Origin: a virus
Taxonomy: Duplodnaviria > Heunggongvirae > Uroviricota > Caudoviricetes
Virus record (IMG/VR): IMGVR_UViG_2778261231_000012
DNA length: 30,030 nucleotides
Direction: 5' to 3' (one strand)
Shown here: positions 15,971 through 26,010 of the stretch, piece by piece
How positions within the stretch are numbered: the stretch's first letter is position 1
Layout of the letters: each line of letters begins with the position of its first letter
Made by a program: the position numbers and the translations under genes
The notes under the pieces: model-generated
Told to the model about the DNA's origin: nothing
Databases searched by the model: none
The model's input: only the letters and a program-made list of their open reading frames with translations

Positions 15971-16708
15971 ATGGCCACACCAAACCCGCTGGCACCAACA
16001 AAAGGTGCTGGTACCACCCTCTGGGTTTACACCGGAACTGGTGATCCATACGCCAATCCGCTTTCAGACGTTGACTGGCTGCGCCTGGCAAAGATTAAAG
16101 ACCTGCAGCCCGGAGAACTGACAGCTGAATCGGAAGATGACACCTACATCGATGATGAGAATGCCGACTGGACATCAACGATGCAGGGGCAGAAATCAGC
16201 CGGTGAAACAAACCTGACGCTCGCATGGATGCCGGAGGATTCCGGTCAGCAGGACCTGGTGAACTGGTTCGATGAAGGCACCGTGAAGGGGTATAAAATC
16301 AAATATCCGAATGGTGTTGTCGATGTCTTTAAGGGCTGGGTGAGCAGTCTCGGCAAGACCATCTCGTCTAAAGAGGTCATGACCCGCACGGCAAAAATCA
16401 CCAACAATGGCAAACCATCGCTGGCCGAAGACAGTGGTACCGCGCCGATTGCCGTTACGGGGATCAGCCTGGATAAATCCACGGCGGCTGTGGCTGTCGC
16501 GGCCACGACGCAACTGGTTGTTTCTGTCCTGCCAGCAAGTGCTTCAGATAAGTCTTTCCGCGTAGCCAGTTCTGATCCGTCAAAAGCAACGGTCACCGTC
16601 AGCGGCAATACCCTGACTGTTACCGGCGTGGCGGCAGGCACCGTCGAGATCATCGTAATGAGCAATGACGGTAACTTTGTGGCGATCTGCAAAGTCACTG
16701 TTTCCTGA
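15971..16708 (+). CDS. V: major tail tube protein gpV with C-terminal Ig-like domain
   Basis: 245 aa; matches recalled lambda V ([59 protein letters not shown]...). Confidence 0.95.
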   Translation: MATPNPLAPTKGAGTTLWVYTGTGDPYANPLSDVDWLRLAKIKDLQPGELTAESEDDTYIDDENADWTSTMQGQKSAGETNLTLAWMPEDSGQQDLVNWFDEGTVKGYKIKYPNGVVDVFKGWVSSLGKTISSKEVMTRTAKITNNGKPSLAEDSGTAPIAVTGISLDKSTAAVAVAATTQLVVSVLPASASDKSFRVASSDPSKATVTVSGNTLTVTGVAAGTVEIIVMSNDGNFVAICKVTVS

Positions 16709-16744
16709 TAACCGGGGCGAAAGCCCCGTTCCCCCGGAGTAATT

Positions 16745-17167
16745 ATGTTTCTAAAGAGCGAGCTGCTTGAAAGTAACGGCAGCAGCGTCACATTGTTCCA
16801 GCTGTCGGCGCTGCAGCGTATTGAATACCTCGAATACCTGAAACAACTTGAGGCGGTTGAAGCTGGTGATTTTCAGGCTGCCATTACCCTTACCGTGAAG
16901 AGTGGAGCATATCTGGTGGCAATGTCACTCTGGCATGGCCACGCGCTTAAAGGATCGCAGGGAGAAAACGCGGCGGCGGAAGTGGAGCAGATTCAGGATG
17001 AGGTCATGCAGACATGGCCGACCGAACTTGTTGCCGAAGCCGAATATAAGGTGAAACTCCTGTCCGGGATGATTGCGCCGGTCACTGATGACCAGGCTGA
17101 GCCCGGTGAAGAACGTAATGAACCCGCTGAACCTGTTACTGCGGAAAAGCCCTCGCCAGTGAGCTGA
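16745..17167 (+). CDS. G: tail assembly chaperone gpG
   Basis: 140 aa; matches recalled lambda G (MFLK.E...NG..VTL.ELSALQRIE.L ... GA.LVAMSLWH.H ... WPTE). Confidence 0.9.
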   Translation: MFLKSELLESNGSSVTLFQLSALQRIEYLEYLKQLEAVEAGDFQAAITLTVKSGAYLVAMSLWHGHALKGSQGENAAAEVEQIQDEVMQTWPTELVAEAEYKVKLLSGMIAPVTDDQAEPGEERNEPAEPVTAEKPSPVS

Positions 17168-17496
17168 AGTTTGCCATGAAACTGGCGCGTGAGTTCGGTC
17201 GCCCGGACTGGCGTGCCATGCTTGCTGGCATGTCCTCAACGGAATACGGCGACTGGAAAATCTTCTACCAGGACAATTACTTTCATGATGCGCAGCTGGA
17301 TGCTCATTTCTCCGGTTTGCTCTACACCATCTCAACCCTGTTTTTTGCTGATCCGGAATTAACACCGGACAGTTTCAGCATCCTTTCCCCTGTATCGGAA
17401 AGCATCGACGTTGATGAGCCGGATGACGATACGCTGATGGCGAAGGCTGCAGGTATTTCAGGAGGCGTGCGCTATGGCCCAGACGGCAGTGGGTGA
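16745..17496 (+). CDS. T: tail assembly chaperone G-T fusion made by programmed -1 frameshift near 17143-17149
   Basis: T-frame ORF (17176-17496 in track; frame open from 17122) is in the -1 frame relative to G and overlaps its 3' end; T translation matches recalled lambda gpT (MLAGMSSTEY.DW..FY....FHD..LD.HFSGL.YT...LFF.DP). Confidence 0.75.
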
Positions 17497-19990
17497 TCTG
17501 GTCGTTAACCTTGACGTTAACTCGACGAAATTTAACGAGCAGCTTAACTACGTCAAAAAAGAATTAAAGCAGACTGGCAGCGCGGCGAACGACGAAGCGC
17601 TACGGATCCAGCAGTCCTTTAGCCGCCAGGAGAACGCCGCGCGCAAGGCGGGTATTTCAATAGGCCAGTATAACGCAGCAATGCGTATGCTTCCGGCGCA
17701 GTTTACCGATATAGCTACGCAGCTAGCGGGCGGGCAGAACCCATGGCTGATTCTGCTTCAGCAGGGCGGTCAGGTTAAGGACTCCTTTGGCGGGATAATA
17801 CCAACATTCAGGGCCTTACTGGGTACGATCTCACCGTTGATGGTCGGCATCGGTGCACTGTCCGCCGCAACGGGTGCGCTGTTCTATGCCTGGTACCAGG
17901 GCTCATCCACACTATCTGACTTCAACAAAACGCTGGTACTGTCGGGGAACACGGCCGGATTGACTGCCGATCGTATGTTGGCGCTGGCACGAAACGGCCA
18001 GGCAGCGGGGCTGACGTTCAATCAGACCAGCGAAGCCCTGAGCGAGCTTATCAACGCGGGGGTGGGCGCGAGTTCGCGCTTTGATGAAATGAGCCAGGCG
18101 GTGGCGCGATTTACTGATGCCTCCGGCGTGCCGGTGGAAAAAGTCGCAGCCGCATACGGCAAGCTCACTACTGACCCTACATCAGGCCTGATCGCGATGG
18201 CTCAGCAGTTCCACAACGTTACGGCCGAACAGATTGCCCATGTGGCACAGCTGCAGCGTGCCGGTGATGAGGCTGGCGCACTGCAGGCGGCTAATCAGGC
18301 TGCTACTGCCGGATTCAACGATCAGACCAAGGCCATCCGCGACAATATGGGGACGATTGAGTCTTCAGCGGATTCCCTGAAGCGTGCCTTCAAGTCGATG
18401 TGGGATGCTGCACTTGATATTGGCAGACCTGACACCGCCCAGGAGATGGTGGCAAAAGCCCAGGCCGCGTTTAAAAAGGCTGATGAAATCTGGAATCTGC
18501 GTAAAGGCGATCATTATGTGAATGATGAGGCCCGCGCCCGGTTCTGGAATGATCGTGAAACGGCCAGACTGGCACTGGATATGGCGCAGCAGCAGGCTGG
18601 TATTGCCAAAGCGAACGAAGAGAATGCTTCCCGTGAAGCGGTCGCAGAGTCCGATCGTCAGAAATATGCCGCGCAGGCTCAGGCCAACTATGCCAAAACC
18701 CAAACTGCCCTTGAGAAATACACGGCCAGGCAGAGCGAGCTCAACAAGGCGCTGAAAGAGGGGCGGATCCTCCAGGCTGACTACAACATCAACCTGGCTG
18801 CCGCGAAAAAAGAGTACGAAGACACCCTTAAAAAGCCGAAGAAGACCCCGGCAATCAGAACCCCCGCAGGTGCCCGTGCCACCGATACGGCCAGTGCCCA
18901 GACGCTGGAGCTACAGACACAGCTGCGCACCCTGCAGGAGCATAAGAGCATCAATGACACCATCAGCCAGCAGCGTCAGGAGCTGTGGCGTCAGCAGTCC
19001 CGCTTTACGGTTCTGGAAGAGGCCGCGAAGACCCGAACGCTTTCTGCTGAGGAAAAATCCCTGCTGGCCAGTAAAAGTGAGGTGCTTTCCCGTGCGGAGC
19101 TGAATGCGAAGCTCGGCGATCAGATAGTGGCGCAGGAGCGGCTTAATCGCCTGCAGGATACGTCCCAAAAATACGTCACGCAGATCGGCGAGAAAACCCG
19201 AGCCCTTGCGGAAAGTGCTGGTATGAGCAGTCGTGCAGCACAACGTCGCAATGAAGAGGCCCAGCTTCTTCAGGGCTGGAAAAATGGTGGTGGTTCGGAG
19301 AACGATGCTGGTTATCAGAATGAGCTGCAGGCGCTGCAGGCGTATTACGCCGAGCAGGATAAGCTGCGGGACGACTGGCAGTCCGGAGCCAAATCCGCAT
19401 GGGCAGATTATGTTGATTCTGCTTCAGATGCTTATGGCCAGATGAAGTCGGCTGCCACCAGTGCGTTTGATGGCATCGGGCAAAATATGGCTGACATGCT
19501 GACGCGCGGAAAGGCTGACTGGGCTGACTTCACCCGCTCCACGCTCTCCATGCTGACACAGATCCTGCTGAAACAGGCGATGGTAGGCCTGGTGGATTCA
19601 GCGACAACCGCGCTGGGATTTGCAGGTGGCGGTTATACCGGTTCAGGCGGGAAATATGAACCTGCAGGTGTCGTTCACCGTGGTGAATTTGTTTTCACCA
19701 AAGAGGCTACCAGCCGGATCGGCGTCGGCAATCTTTACCGGATGATGAAAGGGTATGCCACGGGTGGGTATGTCGGGGGCGGTGGTACAGGCCCGGCTGC
19801 AGCACCTTTCGGTGTCAGTGTATATGCCCCGGTGACGGTCGAGAATGCTTCCGGTAACGCACAGCAGCAAAACGACGGAGACAGGCTGGGTAAGGCGTAT
19901 CAGCAGGTGATTAACAAATCTGTCAACGATGGTATCGCCAGGGCAATCCAGCCCGGTGGGCTTATCTGGAATGCGAACAATCGCAGGTAA
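17474..19990 (+). CDS. H: tail tape measure protein gpH
   Basis: 838-aa ORF, largely alpha-helical and Ala/Gln-rich with a Gly-rich C-terminal region; follows G-T as in lambda. Confidence 0.95.
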   Translation: MAQTAVGDLVVNLDVNSTKFNEQLNYVKKELKQTGSAANDEALRIQQSFSRQENAARKAGISIGQYNAAMRMLPAQFTDIATQLAGGQNPWLILLQQGGQVKDSFGGIIPTFRALLGTISPLMVGIGALSAATGALFYAWYQGSSTLSDFNKTLVLSGNTAGLTADRMLALARNGQAAGLTFNQTSEALSELINAGVGASSRFDEMSQAVARFTDASGVPVEKVAAAYGKLTTDPTSGLIAMAQQFHNVTAEQIAHVAQLQRAGDEAGALQAANQAATAGFNDQTKAIRDNMGTIESSADSLKRAFKSMWDAALDIGRPDTAQEMVAKAQAAFKKADEIWNLRKGDHYVNDEARARFWNDRETARLALDMAQQQAGIAKANEENASREAVAESDRQKYAAQAQANYAKTQTALEKYTARQSELNKALKEGRILQADYNINLAAAKKEYEDTLKKPKKTPAIRTPAGARATDTASAQTLELQTQLRTLQEHKSINDTISQQRQELWRQQSRFTVLEEAAKTRTLSAEEKSLLASKSEVLSRAELNAKLGDQIVAQERLNRLQDTSQKYVTQIGEKTRALAESAGMSSRAAQRRNEEAQLLQGWKNGGGSENDAGYQNELQALQAYYAEQDKLRDDWQSGAKSAWADYVDSASDAYGQMKSAATSAFDGIGQNMADMLTRGKADWADFTRSTLSMLTQILLKQAMVGLVDSATTALGFAGGGYTGSGGKYEPAGVVHRGEFVFTKEATSRIGVGNLYRMMKGYATGGYVGGGGTGPAAAPFGVSVYAPVTVENASGNAQQQNDGDRLGKAYQQVINKSVNDGIARAIQPGGLIWNANNRR

Positions 19991-19995
19991 CAGTT

Positions 19996-20343
19996 ATGAC
20001 GATAGAAACATTCTCCTGGGGTATTAAGGTCTCCAGCCAGCCCACAGAGGGAAGCAAAGACACCGTCAGGAAGGTCCAGTTCGGCGACGGTTACGCACAG
20101 GTGAGCGGCTCAGGTCTGAATGATGAAATTCGCACCTATGAATTTTCCTTCTCAGGGGATCCGACTACAGCGAATGAAATTCATGCCTTCCTTCGGCGGC
20201 ATAAAGTGAAGTCGTTTATTTTCACTCCGCCTTTCGGCGATACCGCGCTGTGGCGTGTCGAGGCTGACACGCTCAAAAAGGTGGTTAAAAACGTAAAAGT
20301 GATAACCGTAACCGCAACGTTTGAACAGGCATTTGCACCATGA
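19996..20343 (+). CDS. M: minor tail protein gpM
   Basis: 115 aa; contains VRKV.FGDGY.Q as in recalled lambda M; canonical position after H. Confidence 0.9.
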   Translation: MTIETFSWGIKVSSQPTEGSKDTVRKVQFGDGYAQVSGSGLNDEIRTYEFSFSGDPTTANEIHAFLRRHKVKSFIFTPPFGDTALWRVEADTLKKVVKNVKVITVTATFEQAFAP

Positions 20344-21095
20344 GTCTTAATGCTGATTATCAAAAACTTGAGCCGGGCAATGAAGTCCGGCTTTTTTCTG
20401 TCGATGGTACAGCGTTCGGTATGTCAGATGTGCTCCGCTTCCACGCACACAATATCGCACACACCCCGGAAGAGATTGAAGCCGCAGGCGGGGATGAGAA
20501 TAAACTTCCGGCGAAGTCCATATGGTGGCAGGGGGAGGAATATAAAGCCTGGCCATGTCAGGTGGAGGGTATTGAGGCGACCACAGACGGTACCAGCCCA
20601 CAGCCAAAATTGACGGTGGCGAACCTGGACAGCTCGATCTCAGCGCTCTGTCTTGCGTATGACGATCTGCTGCAGGCGAAAGTCAGTATCCACGACACGC
20701 TGGCTAAGTATCTGGACGCCAGAAATTTTCCGCAGGGCAACCCCACCGCAGACCCGTCACAGGAAAAGCTGAAGGTCTTTTATATCGACGCCAGAAGTAC
20801 CGAGACGGATGAAGCTGTTGAATTTACGCTTTCCAGTCCGATGGATTTACAGGGCCGGATGATACCGACGCGGCAGCTGCATTCGCTGTGTTCCTGGTGC
20901 ATCCGGAACAAGTACCGCACCGGCGACGGCTGCGACTATGCCGGAACGCTCTATTTCGATAAACACAATAATCCGGTTGACGATCCTTCGCGGGATGAAT
21001 GCAACGGTACGCTGACGGCCTGCAAACTCCGGCATGGAGACAGCAACGAGCTGCCGTTCGGCGGCTTCCCCGGTACATCCCTTATCAGGAGCTGA
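20340..21095 (+). CDS. L: minor tail protein gpL
   Basis: 251 aa; C-terminal Cys cluster (CSWC...DGCDYAG...DECNGTLTACKLRHG) typical of gpL; ATGA overlap with M. Confidence 0.9.
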   Translation: MSLNADYQKLEPGNEVRLFSVDGTAFGMSDVLRFHAHNIAHTPEEIEAAGGDENKLPAKSIWWQGEEYKAWPCQVEGIEATTDGTSPQPKLTVANLDSSISALCLAYDDLLQAKVSIHDTLAKYLDARNFPQGNPTADPSQEKLKVFYIDARSTETDEAVEFTLSSPMDLQGRMIPTRQLHSLCSWCIRNKYRTGDGCDYAGTLYFDKHNNPVDDPSRDECNGTLTACKLRHGDSNELPFGGFPGTSLIRS

Positions 21096-21096
21096 T

Positions 21097-21831
21097 ATGC
21101 GTCAGAAAACCATTGATGCCATCATGGCACACGCTGCAGCGGAATATCCGCGAGAGTGCTGCGGCGTGGTGGCACAGAAAAGCCGGGTTGAGCGCTATTT
21201 TCCCTGTCGTAATCTCGCAGCAGAGCCGACTGAACATTTTCACCTGTCCCCCGAAGATTACGCAGCGGCAGAAGACTGGGGGACGGTGGTGGCCATTGTT
21301 CACAGCCATCCTGATGCGACGACGCAGGCCAGCGAGCTGGATAAGGCGCAGTGTGATGCAACGCTGCTGCCCTGGCATATTGTGAGCTGGCCAGAGGGGG
21401 ATTTACGTACCATTCAGCCACGCGGGGAGCTGCCATTGCTGGAGCGTCCGTTCGTGCTTGGCCACTTCGATTGCTGGGGTCTGGTAATGAGCTATTTCCG
21501 GCAGACCCACTGTATCGAGCTCCATGATTACCGCGTCGATTATCCCTGGTGGGAGAACAGCTATCCGGACAACTTCTATCAGGACTGCTGGTACGAGTGC
21601 GGATTCAGGGAGTTTGACGGCCCGCCTCAGGAAGGCGATCTGGTCATCATGCAGGTGCAGGCCGATAAGTGGAATCATGCCGGGATTTTACTGGAGGGTA
21701 ACATGCTGCTGCACCATCTTTACGGGCATCTGAGTCAGCGTGTTCCTTATGGCGGATACTGGCAGGAGCGCACGATGAAAATCGTTCGCTATAAAGATTT
21801 AAGGGGGAATGAATCATGCAGGAAGTCATGA
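21097..21831 (+). CDS. K: tail assembly protein gpK (JAB/MPN plus NlpC/P60-like domains)
   Basis: ATG 21097 with AGGAG SD directly after L stop; motif AHAAAEYPRECCGVV and HSHPD typical of gpK; track start 21034 overlaps L and is rejected. Confidence 0.9.
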   Translation: MRQKTIDAIMAHAAAEYPRECCGVVAQKSRVERYFPCRNLAAEPTEHFHLSPEDYAAAEDWGTVVAIVHSHPDATTQASELDKAQCDATLLPWHIVSWPEGDLRTIQPRGELPLLERPFVLGHFDCWGLVMSYFRQTHCIELHDYRVDYPWWENSYPDNFYQDCWYECGFREFDGPPQEGDLVIMQVQADKWNHAGILLEGNMLLHHLYGHLSQRVPYGGYWQERTMKIVRYKDLRGNESCRKS

Positions 21832-22406
21832 GCCGCATTGAGCTTGGCGGCGTGCTCGGCAAAACGTTCGGTAAAGTTCACCACCGCCTGATTTCCCGCG
21901 TTAACGAGGCGAGTGTTGCGCTGGCAAAGACGGTTCCGGGATTTGAGCAGTTTATGATCTCCAGCCAGCGCCGTGGGCTCACTTATTCCGTATTCAAAGG
22001 GAAAAAGAATATTGGTGTTGATGACCTTGGCTTCCCGGTCACCGGCGATGTTATCCGCATTGTCCCGGTCATTATCGGGAGTAAAAAAGCGGGTGTACTA
22101 CAGACTATTTTAGGTGCGGTTCTGGTTGCTGTCGGTGTGGTTCTTAATTTCACGCCCTGGGCTGCGGCTTCACCATTCTTCTACAAACTTGGTGCCGCAG
22201 TCATGCTGGGCGGCGTTGTCCAGATGCTTTCCCCTCAACCAGCAGGTCTGGCCAGCAAACAAAGCTCTGATAACCGCGCCTCCTACGCGTTTGGCGGGGT
22301 CACAAACACCGCTGCGCAGGGCTACCCGGTACCACTTCTTTATGGTCGCCGGCGAATCGGCGGTGCGATTATTTCTGCCGGGATATATGTCGAAGATCAG
22401 CAGTAA
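21816..22406 (+). CDS. I: tail assembly protein gpI
   Basis: 196 aa; GGGGG SD upstream of ATG 21816 (alternative coupled ATG at 21828); hydrophobic Gly/Ala/Val-rich segment and C-terminal LYGRRRIGG as in recalled lambda I (LYGEMRVGS). Confidence 0.85.
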   Translation: MQEVMSRIELGGVLGKTFGKVHHRLISRVNEASVALAKTVPGFEQFMISSQRRGLTYSVFKGKKNIGVDDLGFPVTGDVIRIVPVIIGSKKAGVLQTILGAVLVAVGVVLNFTPWAAASPFFYKLGAAVMLGGVVQMLSPQPAGLASKQSSDNRASYAFGGVTNTAAQGYPVPLLYGRRRIGGAIISAGIYVEDQQ

Positions 22407-22423
22407 ATAAAACCTTCTTTCAG

Positions 22424-22446
22424 GCCACCTCAGGGTGGCTTTTTTT
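22424..22446 (+). terminator. intrinsic terminator-like hairpin between I and J
   Basis: gccacc-tcag-ggtggc stem followed by TTTTTTT. Confidence 0.6.
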
Positions 22447-22457
22447 ATGGGCGCAAT

Positions 22458-25400
22458 ATGGCTACTTCCACTCCGATTAGAGGCCGCAAGGGCGGCAGTT
22501 CCAGTTCCCGTACCCCTACAGAACAGCCAGACGATCTCCAGTCCGTAGCGAAGGCCAAGATTCTTGTTGCGCTGGGAGAAGGGGAATTTGCGGGGCAGTT
22601 AACGGCTAAAGATATCTATCTTGACGGCACGCCACTGGAGAATGCAGACGGATCGCAAAACTTCAGCGGCGTGGCATGGGAGTTCCGCCCGGGGACTCAG
22701 GCTCAAAAGTATATTCAGGGCATCCCCGGTACCGAGAATGAAATCAGCGTAGGTACCGAAGTTTCAAGCGCTACGGCCTGGACGCATACCTTTACCAACA
22801 CCCAGCTGTCAGCCATTCGTCTGCGCCTCAAATGGCCATCACTGTTTAAACAGGAGGACGACGGCGATCTGGTCGGCTATTCGATTAATTACGCTATCGA
22901 TCTGCAGACAGATGGCGGTACCTGGCAGACCGTGCTTAATACCAGCGTCACCGGGAAAACCACGTCAGGCTACGAACGCAGCCACCGTATCGACTTACCG
23001 CAGGCGGGAAGCACCTGGACGGTACGTCTTCGTAAGCTCACCGCAGATGCGAACAGTGCGAAAATTGGCGACACGATGACGCTGCAGAGCTACACGGAGG
23101 TAATCGATGCCAAACTGCGCTATCCAAACACCGCGCTGCTGTACATTGAATTCGATTCAAGCCAGTTTAACGGCTCCATCCCGCAAATTTCCTGTGAACC
23201 GCGCGGGCGCGTTATCCGCGTGCCGGATACTTACGATCCGGAAACCCGGACCTATAGCGGTACCTGGACGGGGGCGTTTAAGTGGGCATGGACGGACAAT
23301 CCGGCGTGGATTTTTTACGATCTGGTGGTGAGCGACCGTTTTGGACTTGGCGACCGCCTGACGGCGGCAAATATTGATAAATGGACGCTTTACCAGGTCG
23401 CACAATATTGCGATCAGCTGGTTCCTGATGGTAAAGGCGGTAGCGGCACCGAGCCTCGCTATACCTGTAACGTGTACGTGCAGGAGAGGAATGACGCCTA
23501 TACCGTGTTACGTGATTTTGCGGCGATATTCCGTGGCATGACGTACTGGGGCGGCAATCAAATCGTTGCACTGGCAGATATGCCCCGCGATGTTGATTAC
23601 AGCTACACCCGCGCTAACGTGGTTGACGGCCGCTTTACCTATTCTGGCAGCACCACTAAAAACCGCTATACCACCGCGCTGGTTTCCTGGTCAGATCCGG
23701 GTAATGCCTACGCAGATGCGATGGAGCCGGTTTTTGAACAGGAGCTCGTCGCTCGCTTTGGCACAAACCAGCTCGAGATGACAGCCATTGGCTGTACCCG
23801 GCAGTCTGAGGCAAACCGTAAGGGGCGCTGGGGGATTCAGACCAATAACAAGGATCGCATCGTATCGTTTGATGTTGGTCTGGACGGCAACATTCCACAG
23901 CCTGGTTATATTATCGCGGTTGCCGATGAGCTGTTATCCGGAAAGGTGATGGGAGGGCGTATCAGCGCGGTTAATGGTCGCGTTATCACGCTTGATCGTG
24001 ATTCCGCTGCCGTTGCCGGAAGCCGTCTTATGGTTAACCTGCCGTCTGGCGCATCGCAGAGCAGGACGATTCAGAGCGTAAACGGCCGGGCTGTCACCGT
24101 GACCACGGCATACAGCGAAACACCGGCAGTCGAATCGGTATGGATTGTCGAATCCGACGAGCTTTATGCACAGCAATATCGTGTTATCAGCGTCTCTGAT
24201 AATAACGACGGCACGTTTTCTATTACTGGTGCTTTTCACGATCCGGATAAGTATGCCCGTATCGATACCGGCGCCATCGTCGACCAGCGGCCAATAAGTG
24301 TAATTCCGCCCGGTAATCAGTCCCCGCCAGCTAATATCGCGATCAGTTCGTTTTCTGTCGTTCAGCAGAATATCAGCGTTGAGACCATGCGCGTCAGCTG
24401 GGACCAGGCGAAAAATGCTATCGCGTATGAGGCACAGTGGCGTCGCAATGACGGGAACTGGGTGAATGTGCCGCGCAGCTCCACCACGTCATTCGATGTT
24501 CCGGGGATTTATGCAGGACGCTACCTGGTTCGCGTGCGTGCCATCAATGCCGCCGAAATTTCATCTGGGTGGGGCTATTCAGAAGAGAAAACGTTGACGG
24601 GTAAAGTGGGAAACCCACCGAAGCCGGTTGGCTTCATCGCTTCTGAAAACGTGGTATTCGGTATTGAGCTGAACTGGGGATTCCCGGCGAATACCGAAGA
24701 CACGCTGAAGACGGAAATTCAGTACAGCCTGACCGGTACTGAAGACGATGCCATGCTGCTGGCCGATGTGCCTTACCCGCAGCGCAAATATCAGCAGATG
24801 GGCCTTAAGGCTGGGCAGATTTTCTGGTACCGCGCGCAGCTGGTGGACCGCAGCGGCAACGAATCAGGGTACACAGAATGGGTGCGAGGACAGGCCAGCA
24901 TCGATGTTTCCGATATCACAGATGTGATTCTGGAGGAAATTAAAGACTCCGATACGTTCAAAGACCTGATCGAGAACGCGGTGGACAGCAATGAAAAAAT
25001 TGCTGGCATGGCTGACGACATCAAACAGGCCAACGATGAACTTGAGCTCCAGGCGCAGGAAATCGCAAAAAACGCGCAGGACATTGGGCAGGTTCAGACC
25101 AGTGTTAATGAGCTTTCGAGCACGGTCGGTGATGTATCTTCCTCTCTATCAGATCTTGAGCAGACCGTCGCAACGGCTGATACCGCGCTGGGCCAGCGAA
25201 TCGACAGCATCAGCGTGTCTATGGACGGCATGACGGGCGGGGTTAAGAACTCAGCCATTGCCATTATCCAGAACGGACTGGCGCAGGTGGCCACACGCAA
25301 AAGGCTTTCCGCGACGGTCGCCGGTAACAGTGCGCAGCTGGATCGTCTCGACGAGGTGATCGTCAGTGAGAAGGAAGCCACAGCACGTTCATTGCTGAGC

Positions 25401-26009
25401 CTGCGGACGGACGTCAACGGCAACAAGGCATCCATCAACAGCCTGAATCAGACGCTCTCCGACTATCAGCAGGCCACCGCCACGCAGATAAACGGCATCA
25501 CGGCGACCGTGAACGGGCATACCTCCGCCATCACCACTAACGCTCAGGCTATAGCCAACGTTAATGGCGAACTCAGCGCGATGTATAACATCAAGGTGGG
25601 GGTGTCCAGTAACGGGCAGTATTACGCTGCCGGGATGGGTATTGGGGTTCAAAATACACCCTCCGGCATGCAGTCACAGGTAATCTTCCTGGCAGACCGT
25701 TTCGCCGTGACTACTATGGTCGGCGGGACTGTAACACTGCCGTTCGTTATCCAGAATGGCCAGGCCATTATCAGGGATACAGTCATTGGCGACGGGACCA
25801 TAAGCAATGCAAAAATTGGCAATTACATCCAGTCGAACAATTATGTTGCCGGCTCTGTTGGCTGGAAACTGGATAAGTCCGGGACGTTTGAGAACTACGG
25901 TTCGACAGCTGGGGAGGGAGCCATGAAGCAGACCAACCAGACAATCAGCGTCAAGGATGGCAACAACGTTCTGAGAGTGCAGGTTGGCCGATTAACGGGG
26001 GTGTTCTGA
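22458..26009 (+). CDS. J: tip attachment / host specificity protein gpJ (central tail fibre)
   Basis: 1183 aa; lambda J-like length, position and internal motifs (YTCNVYV, FN3-like repeats); C-terminal about 300 aa look divergent from lambda J by recall. Confidence 0.95.
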   Translation: MATSTPIRGRKGGSSSSRTPTEQPDDLQSVAKAKILVALGEGEFAGQLTAKDIYLDGTPLENADGSQNFSGVAWEFRPGTQAQKYIQGIPGTENEISVGTEVSSATAWTHTFTNTQLSAIRLRLKWPSLFKQEDDGDLVGYSINYAIDLQTDGGTWQTVLNTSVTGKTTSGYERSHRIDLPQAGSTWTVRLRKLTADANSAKIGDTMTLQSYTEVIDAKLRYPNTALLYIEFDSSQFNGSIPQISCEPRGRVIRVPDTYDPETRTYSGTWTGAFKWAWTDNPAWIFYDLVVSDRFGLGDRLTAANIDKWTLYQVAQYCDQLVPDGKGGSGTEPRYTCNVYVQERNDAYTVLRDFAAIFRGMTYWGGNQIVALADMPRDVDYSYTRANVVDGRFTYSGSTTKNRYTTALVSWSDPGNAYADAMEPVFEQELVARFGTNQLEMTAIGCTRQSEANRKGRWGIQTNNKDRIVSFDVGLDGNIPQPGYIIAVADELLSGKVMGGRISAVNGRVITLDRDSAAVAGSRLMVNLPSGASQSRTIQSVNGRAVTVTTAYSETPAVESVWIVESDELYAQQYRVISVSDNNDGTFSITGAFHDPDKYARIDTGAIVDQRPISVIPPGNQSPPANIAISSFSVVQQNISVETMRVSWDQAKNAIAYEAQWRRNDGNWVNVPRSSTTSFDVPGIYAGRYLVRVRAINAAEISSGWGYSEEKTLTGKVGNPPKPVGFIASENVVFGIELNWGFPANTEDTLKTEIQYSLTGTEDDAMLLADVPYPQRKYQQMGLKAGQIFWYRAQLVDRSGNESGYTEWVRGQASIDVSDITDVILEEIKDSDTFKDLIENAVDSNEKIAGMADDIKQANDELELQAQEIAKNAQDIGQVQTSVNELSSTVGDVSSSLSDLEQTVATADTALGQRIDSISVSMDGMTGGVKNSAIAIIQNGLAQVATRKRLSATVAGNSAQLDRLDEVIVSEKEATARSLLSLRTDVNGNKASINSLNQTLSDYQQATATQINGITATVNGHTSAITTNAQAIANVNGELSAMYNIKVGVSSNGQYYAAGMGIGVQNTPSGMQSQVIFLADRFAVTTMVGGTVTLPFVIQNGQAIIRDTVIGDGTISNAKIGNYIQSNNYVAGSVGWKLDKSGTFENYGSTAGEGAMKQTNQTISVKDGNNVLRVQVGRLTGVF

Positions 26010-26010
26010 T

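Noticed and set aside
21034-21096. Upstream start for gpK at 21034 overlapping gpL
   Set aside because: ATG 21097 directly follows the L stop with an AGGAG SD and gives the conserved K N-terminus.
7203-25652. Numerous antisense or alternative-frame ORFs of 60-200 aa within the head and tail genes (for example 9287-9754, 15421-16017, 16246-16791, 19176-19400, 23934-24239, 25094-25438)
   Set aside because: All lie within well-supported lambda-like structural genes; they are the expected shadow ORFs in G+C-rich coding DNA, with no SD or independent support.
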